Shown here in pieces: positions 9,348-17,975 of a stretch of 52,344 bases of DNA. The notes under the pieces are model-generated. The model saw nothing but the letters and a program-made list of their open reading frames with translations. It was not told where the DNA came from and made no database searches. The position numbers and the translations under genes are program-made. How positions within the stretch are numbered: the first letter of the stretch is position 1; every line of letters begins with the position of its first letter. Origin of the DNA: a virus (taxonomy: Duplodnaviria > Caudoviricetes); IMG/VR virus record IMGVR_UViG_3300030106_002100, positions 1 to 52,344 of that record; one strand, given 5' to 3'.

Positions 9348-9693
9348 AAGTGAAGAAAAAGCTAAACAACTACCAGAACCTTCTGGGTATCACATATTAT
9401 GTACAATACCTGATGTTGAAGAAAAGTATGATAGCGGTTTGATAAAAGCTGACACTACAAAGCATTTTGAGGAAGTTCTTAGTACTGTATTTTTTATAGT
9501 TAAGCTTGGTCCTGATTGTTATAAAGACAAAGACAGGTTTCCAAGTGGGCCTTGGTGTAAGGAAGGGGATTTTATTTTAGCTCGACCAAACTCAGGCACT
9601 AGACTGAAAATACATGGCAAAGAGTTTCGTTTAATTAACGACGACAGCGTGGAGGCAGTAGTGCAAGATCCACGAGGCATATCACGAGCATAG
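9325..9693 (+). CDS. groES: co-chaperonin GroES-like protein
   Basis: P.G..IL, SGLI, VKLGPDCY, KEGDFIL, G..LKIHGKEFRLINDDSVEAVV match the Cpn10 pattern. Confidence 0.8.
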   Translation: MDTRMTTESEEKAKQLPEPSGYHILCTIPDVEEKYDSGLIKADTTKHFEEVLSTVFFIVKLGPDCYKDKDRFPSGPWCKEGDFILARPNSGTRLKIHGKEFRLINDDSVEAVVQDPRGISRA

Positions 9694-9703
9694 GAGATAA
9701 AAG

Positions 9704-10678
9704 ATGGCTGAAGAGCAAAACTTACCTAACGAAGAGGATGTTAAGAAACCTGAAGCTGAGGTGAAAGAGGTGGAACAAAAGGCATCTGATGTTGAAATAG
9801 AAATAGAAGATGATACTCCTGAACCAGATCAGAACAGGAAGAACCTTCCTAAAGAGCTAGTTGAAAGATTAGACTCTGATGAGTTAACTGAGTACGACGA
9901 TAAAGTGAAAGATAAAATCTACCAGCTTAAAAAAGTCTGGCATGACGAACGTCGTGAAAAAGAGCGAATAGCAAGAGAGAATCAAGAAGCTATTAAAGCC
10001 GCTCAAAAGTTAATGGAAGAAAACAAAAAACTGAAAGCTAAACAGCAGGAGGATGAGAAAAGCTATATAGATGCTGCAAAAAATGCTGCCGAGTTGGAAA
10101 TAGCTGCAGCAAAAGTAGCATACAAAGAAGCTTATGATGCTGGTGATAGCGAAAAGCTAGTAGAAGCACAGCAAAAACTAAACGAAGCTAACTTTAAAGC
10201 AGAAAGAATAAAATCTTATAAACCCTCTTTACAAATTCCTGAGAATAGTGTAAAAGATAAAGAAGATAAAGCACCCGCTGCTCTGCCGCCTGACGCAAAG
10301 GCTTTAGAATGGCAGAAGAAGAATGATTGGTTCGGACAAGACGAAGAAATGACGAGCCTTGCGTTAGGGTTGCATGAGAAGCTGGTAAAACAAAATGGTC
10401 CAGCTTATGCTACGACGGACGAGTATTATGACCGCATTAATGAAACAATGCGTAAACGGTTTCCAGAACATTTCGACACCGATTCTGATGACGCCGAAGT
10501 AGAAACGAAAGAAACTACTAAAGCAAAACCTGCAGCAGTTGTTGCTCCAGTAACACGAACAACTTCTTCAAAGAAAATACGATTGACAACGTCACAAGTA
10601 AATTTAGCGAAAAAGTTAGGATTGTCACCAGAGCAGTATGCTAAAGAAATGATTAGATTGGAGAACAGAAATGGCTGA
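9704..10678 (+). CDS. capsid scaffolding protein
   Basis: Acidic coiled coil with C-terminal 'LAKKLGLSPEQYAK'; upstream of capsid genes. Confidence 0.75.
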   Translation: MAEEQNLPNEEDVKKPEAEVKEVEQKASDVEIEIEDDTPEPDQNRKNLPKELVERLDSDELTEYDDKVKDKIYQLKKVWHDERREKERIARENQEAIKAAQKLMEENKKLKAKQQEDEKSYIDAAKNAAELEIAAAKVAYKEAYDAGDSEKLVEAQQKLNEANFKAERIKSYKPSLQIPENSVKDKEDKAPAALPPDAKALEWQKKNDWFGQDEEMTSLALGLHEKLVKQNGPAYATTDEYYDRINETMRKRFPEHFDTDSDDAEVETKETTKAKPAAVVAPVTRTTSSKKIRLTTSQVNLAKKLGLSPEQYAKEMIRLENRNG

Positions 10679-11120
10679 AAAACGTACAAACAGACAATAC
10701 GAAGACAGAGCTTCACAAGAGAGACCAAAGGCTTGGGCACCCCCAACTGCTAAACCTGAACCAAATAAACAACCGGGATGGGTTTACTTTTGGAAACGTA
10801 CGGCTACTTTAAACGAGCCAGACCCAAGAAATATTTCTATGGCTTTTAGAGAAGGATGGGAACCAGTTAAGTCAGAGGAACAACCTCATATGAAACACTT
10901 ATCTGATCACAATTCTAAATTTAAAGGTTGTATAGAAATAGGTGGTCTTTTACTTTGTAAAGCTCCAGAAGAACTTATAAATCAGCGTAATGAATATTAT
11001 TTAAATCAGGCTAACCAACAAATGCAGTCTGTAGATAATAATCTTATGCGAGAAAGTGACCCAAGAGCGCCTATATTTAAGGAACACAAATCCTCGGTGT
11101 CTTTTGGTAAAGGTAAATAA
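10671..11120 (+). CDS. conserved head-module hypothetical protein
   Basis: REGWEPV and IGGLLLCK motifs; lies between scaffold and capsid genes. Confidence 0.75.
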   Translation: MAEKRTNRQYEDRASQERPKAWAPPTAKPEPNKQPGWVYFWKRTATLNEPDPRNISMAFREGWEPVKSEEQPHMKHLSDHNSKFKGCIEIGGLLLCKAPEELINQRNEYYLNQANQQMQSVDNNLMRESDPRAPIFKEHKSSVSFGKGK

Positions 11121-11140
11121 TTTTTCATTAGGAGATAAAA

Positions 11141-11803
11141 ATGGCAGCTACTGCTTCCCCTTTTGGGCTAAGACCTACCAATATGATTGGTGGTGCGCCC
11201 TATAATGGCGGTGCTATTAGACACTATCATGTGAAAGCTAATAACTCTGCCGCTATTTTTAACGGTGATTTAGTTGCGTTAAGCACTGCTGGTTTACCAG
11301 CCGCTGTATCTTCAAGTCCCACTGGTATAAAAATACCTGCTACTGCTGCTGATGCTACGGCAGGTATTGTAGGAGTTATGGTTGGAGCTAGATACATTGA
11401 TGATAATGGTGTTCAGCAATTTAGACAATTTCTTCCCGCTAATGCTACAACTTCAGGGTTTACAGAAATCAAAGTAATGGTTAATGATGACCCTAGACAG
11501 TTGTTTAAAGTTCAAGGTAATAATTCTTTAGGTACATTTAACAGTGGTACAGGTGGATCTGGTTTTGCTGGCGCAGTTGGTAAAAACGGAGAGTTAGATT
11601 TTAGTACATCTGGTAGCACAAGCACAGGTAATTCAGGCGTAAGTCTTAAAATTGACGCTAATGGTAGTAATTTAGCGGTTACTTCAACTTTCGCTGTAAG
11701 AATTATTGATGTTGTTGAAGGTACTGAGGGTGATAACTTCCCTGAGTTTATTGTTAAATTTAATGTTGGCGTACATTCGTATGACAACTCACTTGGTATC
11801 TAA
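11141..11803 (+). CDS. putative capsid decoration/minor capsid protein
   Basis: PFGLRP...IFNGDLV...DDP; beta-rich; directly before MCP. Confidence 0.65.
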   Translation: MAATASPFGLRPTNMIGGAPYNGGAIRHYHVKANNSAAIFNGDLVALSTAGLPAAVSSSPTGIKIPATAADATAGIVGVMVGARYIDDNGVQQFRQFLPANATTSGFTEIKVMVNDDPRQLFKVQGNNSLGTFNSGTGGSGFAGAVGKNGELDFSTSGSTSTGNSGVSLKIDANGSNLAVTSTFAVRIIDVVEGTEGDNFPEFIVKFNVGVHSYDNSLGI

Positions 11804-11815
11804 GGAGATTTTTAA

Positions 11816-12733
11816 ATGGCTATTTCAAGAGCACAATTACTAAAAGAACTCCTTCCCGGCTTAAACGCTTTATTTGGTTTAGAGTATGCCAAGTATGGTG
11901 AAGAGCACAAGGAGATCTACGAAACAGAGACTTCTGAGCGTTCGTTTGAAGAGGAAACAAAGCTTTCCGGCTTTGGTGCAGCCCCAGTAAAAACTGAAGG
12001 TGCTGCTGTCGAATACGATAACGCACAAGAGGCATTTACAGCTCGCTATACGCACGAAACTGTTGCTATGGGCTTTGCGATAACAGAAGAGGCTTCTGAA
12101 GATAATCTTTATGATAGTCTCGGTGCTCGTTATACAAAGGCTTTAGCTCGTGCTATGGCGTACACAAAGCAGGTTAAGTCTGCTGCAGTTTTAAACAAAG
12201 GCTTTACTGGAACAGGTAATCCTACCTATGGTGACGGAAAAGTATTGTTTGCAACTGACCACCCATTAGTTTCTGGTGGAACAAACAGCAACCGTTTTAC
12301 AACAGGCTCAGATTTAAATGAAACATCTCTTGAAGATGCGGTAATTCAGATTGCAGCTTGGACAGACGAGCGTGGTTTGTTAATTGCAGCTAAACCAAGA
12401 AAGTTAATTATCCCTCCTGCACTTCAGTTCGTGGCAACACGTATACTAGAATCTCAGCAGAGAGTAGGAACAGCAGATAATGATATCAACGCTATTATGA
12501 CAACTGGGGCTATTCCAGAAGGTTATACAGTTAATCACTATTTGACTGATAATAATGCTTTCTTCTTAACAACTGATGTACCTAATGGATTGAAGCATTT
12601 TGTCCGTACGCCTATGGCGACTTCTATGGACGGTGACTTCGATACAGGTAACGTACGTTACAAAGCTCGTGAGCGTTATTCATTTGGCGTTTCCGATCCT
12701 TTGGGAATGTTTGGTTCACCCGGAGCATCATAA
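11816..12733 (+). CDS. major capsid protein
   Basis: MAISRAQLLKELLPGLNALFG...GNVRYKARERYSFG; strong RBS; followed by a hairpin. Confidence 0.92.
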   Translation: MAISRAQLLKELLPGLNALFGLEYAKYGEEHKEIYETETSERSFEEETKLSGFGAAPVKTEGAAVEYDNAQEAFTARYTHETVAMGFAITEEASEDNLYDSLGARYTKALARAMAYTKQVKSAAVLNKGFTGTGNPTYGDGKVLFATDHPLVSGGTNSNRFTTGSDLNETSLEDAVIQIAAWTDERGLLIAAKPRKLIIPPALQFVATRILESQQRVGTADNDINAIMTTGAIPEGYTVNHYLTDNNAFFLTTDVPNGLKHFVRTPMATSMDGDFDTGNVRYKARERYSFGVSDPLGMFGSPGAS

Positions 12734-12736
12734 ATC

Positions 12737-12766
12737 AGGGAGGGGCCTTGTGCCCCTTTCCCCTTT
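12737..12766 (+). terminator. hairpin/terminator after MCP
   Basis: AGGGAGGGGC-cttgt-GCCCCTTTCCCCTTT. Confidence 0.6.
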
Positions 12767-12835
12767 CTAGGGTTTATATTCACACTTAACTGACCTAGCA
12801 GACGTAGTAGAGATGGTGTGAAAATGTGCTACTAC
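12767..12835 (+). ncRNA. candidate pseudoknotted cis-regulatory RNA
   Basis: Three interleaved complementary pairs: 12767-71/12794-98, 12779-86/12815-22, 12804-10/12829-35; ends just before the AGGAG RBS. Confidence 0.45.
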
Positions 12836-12848
12836 ACAGGAGATATAA

Positions 12849-13319
12849 ATGGGTACAACAACCTTTTCTGGTCCAGTTAAGGCCGGAACAATCAAAGACA
12901 CAACAGGCACGACTGTAGGAACTGACGTTAATAATGTTGGTTTCGTTTTAATGGCTCAGTCAGCAGTAATTGATATTACTGGCACGACCGCTACAACCAC
13001 AGTTGGTGTTATCCCAGCAAATTCTAAAATTACAGAAGTGATGTTAAACATTGTGGAAGCTTCAAACTCCCCTTCAGCAGCTACGGTTTCAGTAGGGTTT
13101 TCAGGAGCAACAACAGCTTTATTAAACGGGACAAACGCTAAAGCCGCAGCTTTAACATACAGCACAGGTATGGCTACCGCTTCTATTAATATAGGAACTG
13201 TTGATCGCACGGTAATCGCTACATTTAATCCAATAGCCACGGCAACTGGAACAGAGGGCATTGCTGACGTAACTGTTAAATATTTACAAGATACTAATCT
13301 AGACGTAACCGATTCTTAA
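12849..13319 (+). CDS. virion structural protein (decoration-like)
   Basis: MGTTTFSGPVK N-terminus; Thr/Ala-rich beta composition. Confidence 0.7.
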   Translation: MGTTTFSGPVKAGTIKDTTGTTVGTDVNNVGFVLMAQSAVIDITGTTATTTVGVIPANSKITEVMLNIVEASNSPSAATVSVGFSGATTALLNGTNAKAAALTYSTGMATASINIGTVDRTVIATFNPIATATGTEGIADVTVKYLQDTNLDVTDS

Positions 13320-13330
13320 AGGAGTAAGAC

Positions 13331-13636
13331 ATGAGTTTTGCATCTGACGTAAAAGCTCTTACTACAAAGGATACGGGTCAAAAGATTAGTGGTAGAACCA
13401 GAATACAAGGTATTCAGTATGTGCATAACGCTAGTGCTGATTTAACTCTTAGTAATGGAGCAACCTCTACAGGCACAACTTTATTACAGTTAACATCACA
13501 CAGCGCATTAGGCACAGAGGATGTCTTTATACCTGATAACGGTATATTGTTTGATTCTGGTATGCACCTAACTAATAGTAATACTGCAGCAATTACTAGC
13601 ATTACCGTATTCTATGTAGGTGGTGGCGAGACCTAA
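13331..13636 (+). CDS. virion structural protein
   Basis: AAGGAG RBS; IP..GILF..G...ITVFY pattern. Confidence 0.7.
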   Translation: MSFASDVKALTTKDTGQKISGRTRIQGIQYVHNASADLTLSNGATSTGTTLLQLTSHSALGTEDVFIPDNGILFDSGMHLTNSNTAAITSITVFYVGGGET

Positions 13637-13638
13637 TA

Positions 13639-13938
13639 ATGGCAGAAAAAAAGAAGCGTAAGGGAATGGGGATTAAAACCTCTGTGAAGTCGGGTAATTT
13701 TCGCCCGACTAAGCAAGGTGCAGGTATGACTAAAAAAGGTGTAGCTGCATATCGCAGAGCTAACCCTGGCTCCAAACTTCAAACTGCTGTTACAGGTAAA
13801 GTTAAAAAAGGTTCTAAAGACGCAAAAAGGCGCAAGTCGTTCTGCGCCCGTTCTGCAGGACAAATGAAACAATTCCCCAAAGCAGCAAAAGACCCTAATA
13901 GCCGTTTACGGCAAGCTAGAAAAAGGTGGAAGTGTTAA
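13639..13938 (+). CDS. small basic conserved phage protein (DUF6321-like)
   Basis: RRKSFCAR...KDPNSR....RKRWKC motif; family name from memory. Confidence 0.7.
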   Translation: MAEKKKRKGMGIKTSVKSGNFRPTKQGAGMTKKGVAAYRRANPGSKLQTAVTGKVKKGSKDAKRRKSFCARSAGQMKQFPKAAKDPNSRLRQARKRWKC

Positions 13939-14201
13939 TGGAAAAAGAAGATATACAAAGAGTCTTTGGTAAAGACATAAACAGCAAAGTTGCCGTTCAA
14001 GGTAATGAGATAAAACATATGCAGCAAGACATGGATGACATGAAAGCTGATATAGAGGAAATTAAAAAGTCTTTAGTTGAAATTCACGCTGTATTATCAG
14101 AGGCTAAGGGTGGTTGGAAAACATTGATGTGGGCAGCAGGTGCGGGTAGTGCCGTGACTGCTTTTATTATTGCAGTACAACAAATTTTTTGGGGAAAGTA
14201 A
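13926..14201 (+). CDS. coiled-coil protein with C-terminal transmembrane segment
   Basis: Heptad region followed by a hydrophobic segment. Confidence 0.65.
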   Translation: MEVLMEKEDIQRVFGKDINSKVAVQGNEIKHMQQDMDDMKADIEEIKKSLVEIHAVLSEAKGGWKTLMWAAGAGSAVTAFIIAVQQIFWGK

Positions 14202-14677
14202 TGGCTAAGAAAAAAAGAATTAGTGGTGGTTTTGGTAAATTTCATATGGATGATAAGTCTTTTGGTGAAGCTTTTAACAAATTTAAAGCAGAAGGTATTA
14301 ATCCTTTTCCATATAAAGGCAAGATGTATTCTACTAAAACTAGAGACGAAGTAGAGGCTGAAAGAAAAGATAAAAATATAGGTGCTTCATCTGATTATTC
14401 AAAAGCTTCATCTAGTTATCAAGATGCTCCTAAACCACCAAAAGTTAAAAAAAATATTTCTATGCCTAGTACAAAGTCAACTAGATCAGATACGTCTAAA
14501 TCAGACAAAGTTAAAGGCACTACAAATGTTAAAACTGAGAAAAAAAAGAAAGGTGGTAATCCTTTATTTATGAAAAAAGGCGGTGTAGTTAAAACTAAAA
14601 TGAAAAGAACTAATAAAGCTTCTAAAAGAGCTGATGGTATAGCTAGAAAGGGTAAAACAAAAGGGAGGTTCGTATAA
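14201..14677 (+). CDS. basic protein, DGIA-KGKTKG family copy 1
   Basis: ATG 14201 coupled by TAATG; MKKGG and RADGIARKGKTKG. Confidence 0.75.
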   Translation: MAKKKRISGGFGKFHMDDKSFGEAFNKFKAEGINPFPYKGKMYSTKTRDEVEAERKDKNIGASSDYSKASSSYQDAPKPPKVKKNISMPSTKSTRSDTSKSDKVKGTTNVKTEKKKKGGNPLFMKKGGVVKTKMKRTNKASKRADGIARKGKTKGRFV

Positions 14678-15033
14678 TGGCTAAAAAAGTAAAAGGTCAA
14701 ACAGGAACACAATCTGGAAAAGCAGAAGACGTTGATGCTAGGATAGAAAAACTTAAAGAAAAAGATAGTGAAAAACGACCGTTTTTCCAAAAAAACAGAA
14801 AATATTATTTGGAGTTAGACAGATTACAACAAAAAAAGGGTGGTTTTCCCAGAATGCACAACAAAAAAACTCTAGATAAATACATAGCAGAAAGAGATAA
14901 AGAGGTTGAGGAAATGAAAGCCGGAGGTAAAGTAGAAGCTAAGAAAAAGAAAACTGCTAAGAAAAAAACAACCAGAAAATTTAGAGGTGATGGTATAGCT
15001 AGAAAGGGTAAAACAAAAGGGCGCATGATTTAA
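14677..15033 (+). CDS. basic protein, DGIA-KGKTKG family copy 2
   Basis: MKAGG and RGDGIARKGKTKG. Confidence 0.75.
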   Translation: MAKKVKGQTGTQSGKAEDVDARIEKLKEKDSEKRPFFQKNRKYYLELDRLQQKKGGFPRMHNKKTLDKYIAERDKEVEEMKAGGKVEAKKKKTAKKKTTRKFRGDGIARKGKTKGRMI

Positions 15034-15047
15034 AAAGGAGGTGTAGG

Positions 15048-15722
15048 GTGGCGTATTTAATTAGTAACATTCCATATACAAAGGTTTGGATTAGGAAAGA
15101 GTTTACACATGGGCATCAAAAATATCACGGAGAGTTTATACACGGACTGGCGGTTGCTGTCACGACAATGCCAGACAGATGTCTCAGCTTCCAAATTATA
15201 TTTACAGGATGTGAAGAAGAGGAAGGCGAGAGTAATCCGCACGGAGGGGCCATGTGGGCAAGGATGCCTATCACAGCCTTATGTGGGGACATCCCAATGG
15301 ATGAGTGGCCTGAAAGAATGGAAACCCACCTCGCACAGCCGTGGGACTGCCCATCACACCACCACTCCATTGTGTCCTTTGACAGGTGTAAGCCTAGCCC
15401 ATGGTTATGTAAGATCGCCGGGGAGTTTCATACATCGAGATATCTCTTCACTGTGGATTACACCGAAAGCGAAATCGCAGACTGTCCAGCCCAGCACAAG
15501 CAGAGTCACGTTATGGTGTTGACAGACGGACCTTGGAAGGGCAACATGGTTGCATTACCTAATAACAGAGTCAGAGTTACAAGCCCTGCTCTTTGGGTCA
15601 CAGGTGAAGGCGCACCTGATTTTAGACCAAGCCAACATACACACTGCGCTGAGCAGGATGACTCGTACATGGACCCAGAAGTAACATTCAACAATTTATA
15701 CAAAGGAGATGAAGATGGCTAA
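15048..15722 (+). CDS. conserved Cys/His/Trp-rich protein of unknown function
   Basis: GTG start with AGGAGG; HGGAMWARMP, QPWDC, HKQSH and PNNR motifs. Confidence 0.8.
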   Translation: MAYLISNIPYTKVWIRKEFTHGHQKYHGEFIHGLAVAVTTMPDRCLSFQIIFTGCEEEEGESNPHGGAMWARMPITALCGDIPMDEWPERMETHLAQPWDCPSHHHSIVSFDRCKPSPWLCKIAGEFHTSRYLFTVDYTESEIADCPAQHKQSHVMVLTDGPWKGNMVALPNNRVRVTSPALWVTGEGAPDFRPSQHTHCAEQDDSYMDPEVTFNNLYKGDEDG

Positions 15723-16095
15723 AATGCCGATGAGTAGAGACCCAAAAACGGGTAAGATGGTTCCAAGTTTCGCTATGGATGGTAAGGGAGCGGGAGATTT
15801 AAAGAAAATGCGTGGCGGTGGTATGACGGCTAAAGGAATGGCTAAAGGCGGAGCAGTAATGGCTAAAGGTGGAGCAGTTAAAATGCGTGGCGGCGGTATG
15901 GCTTCTAAAGGTTACTCTATTGGGGGCGCCATAGATGAAATAAATAAAAAGAAAATGGCTAAAGGTATGTCTAAAGGCGGCGTTGCTGGTGGCAAAAAGA
16001 CTGTCGCAAAAAAGACTGCTGCAAAGAAAACCACTACCAGAAAAGTTGCTAAAAAGCGTGATGGTATAGCTAAAAGAGGAAAGACGAGGGCATAA
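15715..16095 (+). CDS. basic protein with MxxGG repeats, DGIA family copy 3
   Basis: MRGGG x2, MAKGG x2, YSIGG, MSKGG; ends RDGIAKRGKTRA. Confidence 0.75.
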   Translation: MAKMPMSRDPKTGKMVPSFAMDGKGAGDLKKMRGGGMTAKGMAKGGAVMAKGGAVKMRGGGMASKGYSIGGAIDEINKKKMAKGMSKGGVAGGKKTVAKKTAAKKTTTRKVAKKRDGIAKRGKTRA

Positions 16096-16271
16096 TGGCT
16101 GTTAAAAAGAAAAAAACTACTAAGAAAAAAGCAGGTTCTAAACCTACGAATCCATCTTTATATGCTCGTGTAAAAGCGGAGACAAAGCGTAAATTCAAGG
16201 TATATCCAAGCGCTTACGCTAATGCTTATTTAGTCCGTGAGTACAAGAAAAGAGGAGGAGGTTACGCATGA
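16095..16271 (+). CDS. small basic protein with YPSAYAN motif (58 aa, not in ORF track)
   Basis: MAVKKKK...LYARVKAETKRKFKVYPSAYANAYLVREYKKRGGGYA; coupled at both ends. Confidence 0.8.
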   Translation: MAVKKKKTTKKKAGSKPTNPSLYARVKAETKRKFKVYPSAYANAYLVREYKKRGGGYA

Positions 16272-16456
16272 TGTTTGTTTTAAAAAATTATAGCTATGAT
16301 GGAAACAAAATTTTGTTGTACAAGTTTGGTGGAACATACAGGCTTTATTGTTCTTTTTATAACTTAAAAGATTGGGTAAAAAGTAAAGGAACAAGAGAGT
16401 ATATTTTTAACACATTTGATGAAGCTAAAACAAAAGCAGAAAGATTTTTTAACTAA
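16268..16456 (+). CDS. hypothetical protein
   Basis: Coupled by ATGA and TAATG overlaps; AT-rich. Confidence 0.55.
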   Translation: MMFVLKNYSYDGNKILLYKFGGTYRLYCSFYNLKDWVKSKGTREYIFNTFDEAKTKAERFFN

Positions 16457-16725
16457 TGTCTCTTAAAGAATGGTTTGGTAAAGGTAAAAAAGGTGACTGG
16501 GTTGATATCGGTGCGCCTAAGAAAAAAGGTAAATACCAAGCTTGTGGACGAAAGTCTGCTAAAGACAGTAAAAGATCCTATCCTAAATGTGTACCAAGAG
16601 CAAAAGCTAAATCTATGACTGCAGCACAACGTAAATCTGCTGTTCAGAGAAAACGAGCAGCAGGTAATCCTGGGGGTAAACCCACAAATGTAAAAACTAT
16701 TTTAAAGAAGAAAGGAAAAAAGTAA
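16456..16725 (+). CDS. small basic protein (L..WF..DWVD..CGR..YPKC family, DUF5872-like)
   Basis: Motif recognised from memory; coupled to neighbours. Confidence 0.75.
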   Translation: MSLKEWFGKGKKGDWVDIGAPKKKGKYQACGRKSAKDSKRSYPKCVPRAKAKSMTAAQRKSAVQRKRAAGNPGGKPTNVKTILKKKGKK

Positions 16726-16886
16726 TGGAAGCCATTATTAATACATTTCAACAAGCTCGGAAGTATGGTGTTGAGCAAACCAAAAGCGCTATAGACTTTA
16801 ACGCTCGTGCTGCTAAAGCAGTAGTAGAACACTGCGAAACAAGCATAAAGTGGTGGGAAGATATATTCTCTAAAAAAGATAAGTAG
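16725..16886 (+). CDS. small hypothetical protein (53 aa, not in ORF track)
   Basis: MEAIINTFQQARKYG...KKDK; TAATG start overlap. Confidence 0.6.
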   Translation: MEAIINTFQQARKYGVEQTKSAIDFNARAAKAVVEHCETSIKWWEDIFSKKDK

Positions 16887-17029
16887 TGTGGAGTAAAAAG
16901 TATAAGCGCTCTATTGACTGTAAAAATCCAAAAGGGTTTAGTCAAAGGGCGCATTGCCAAGGAAGAAAAAAACGTGCGGAAATCAAATCCAAGAATACCA
17001 AGAAAACCAGGTCAACCCGCAAGGTCTAA
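16886..17029 (+). CDS. small basic protein WSKKYKRSIDCKNPKGFSQRAHC (47 aa, not in ORF track)
   Basis: GTG start overlapping the upstream TAG; motif recalled from aquatic phages. Confidence 0.7.
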   Translation: MWSKKYKRSIDCKNPKGFSQRAHCQGRKKRAEIKSKNTKKTRSTRKV

Positions 17030-17264
17030 GAAACATTCTGATTTATATACGGATGAGAACCCCAAGGGTACAATAAAGGGATTAAAGTTTGCCACACGAG
17101 ATGACGCAGTAAAAAGTGTAAGTAAGATTAGAAATAGTGGTAGATCAAAGGCACATAAGATACAAGCTGCTATCGCTATGGAACAAAGAGCCAGAGTTAT
17201 GGGAAAAAAAGATGCTGCTGGCGTTTACAGAAAATATATAAATAGCGTGAAAGCAAAGAAATAA
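16974..17264 (+). CDS. basic protein with KHSDLYTDENP motif
   Basis: In-frame GTG at 16974 with AAGGA upstream; RIPRK.GQ...HSDLYTDENPKGTI.GL.F motif. Confidence 0.75.
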   Translation: MRKSNPRIPRKPGQPARSKKHSDLYTDENPKGTIKGLKFATRDDAVKSVSKIRNSGRSKAHKIQAAIAMEQRARVMGKKDAAGVYRKYINSVKAKK

Positions 17265-17974
17265 TGGCTACTACAGACACAACAAGTTTTAATTTAGACC
17301 TTAATGAATTAGCGGAAGAAGCATTTTCACGATGCGGAACCGAGATGCGTACTGGCTATGACCTTAAAACAGCCAGACGTTCTTTAAATTTATTAACTAT
17401 TGACTGGGCTAACCGAGGCATAAATTTGTGGACTATAGAAGAGGGCACTATACCTTTAACCCAAGGCACTATTACATATGACCTACCTGTAGACACTATA
17501 GATTTATTAGAGCATCAGGTAAGAACAGGTTCAGGCTCAAATCAACAAGACCTAACAATTAGCCGTATATCAGTTAGCACATACGCAACAATACCGAATA
17601 AAAATGCGACAGGCCGACCCATACAAATATTTATTGATAGAAAGTCTGGGGCTACAGATTCTTCCGGTGTTGTTCAAACTCCTCAAGTAAAAGTATGGCC
17701 GACTCCAGATCAGAGTAATTTCTATACTCTTGTGTACTTTAGAATGAGAAGAATACAGGATGCAGGTAATGGTGTGAATACACCGGATATACCGTTTAGA
17801 ATGTTGCCTTGCTTGGTATCAGGATTAGCGTATTATCTTTCCTTAAAAATACCAGAGGCAACTGACAGAATACAGATGTTAAAACAAGACTATGAAGAGC
17901 AGTGGATGATAGCTTCTAGTGAAGATAGAGAGAAGGCTCCGTTACGGTTAGCTCCGAGAGAGTTTTTATACTGA
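17264..17974 (+). CDS. head-tail adaptor/ring protein
   Basis: ARRSLNLL..DWANRG, TGRP and VWPTPD motifs of podovirus adaptor proteins. Confidence 0.75.
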   Translation: MATTDTTSFNLDLNELAEEAFSRCGTEMRTGYDLKTARRSLNLLTIDWANRGINLWTIEEGTIPLTQGTITYDLPVDTIDLLEHQVRTGSGSNQQDLTISRISVSTYATIPNKNATGRPIQIFIDRKSGATDSSGVVQTPQVKVWPTPDQSNFYTLVYFRMRRIQDAGNGVNTPDIPFRMLPCLVSGLAYYLSLKIPEATDRIQMLKQDYEEQWMIASSEDREKAPLRLAPREFLY

Positions 17975-17975
17975 T

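Noticed and set aside
10228-10256. Internal promoter in the scaffold gene (TTTACA-17-TAAAAG)
   Set aside because: The -10 lacks the conserved final T; too weak to call in AT-rich DNA.
16914-16973. N-terminal extension of ORF 16914
   Set aside because: Better explained by the overlapping 16886-17029 ORF; GTG 16974 has an RBS.
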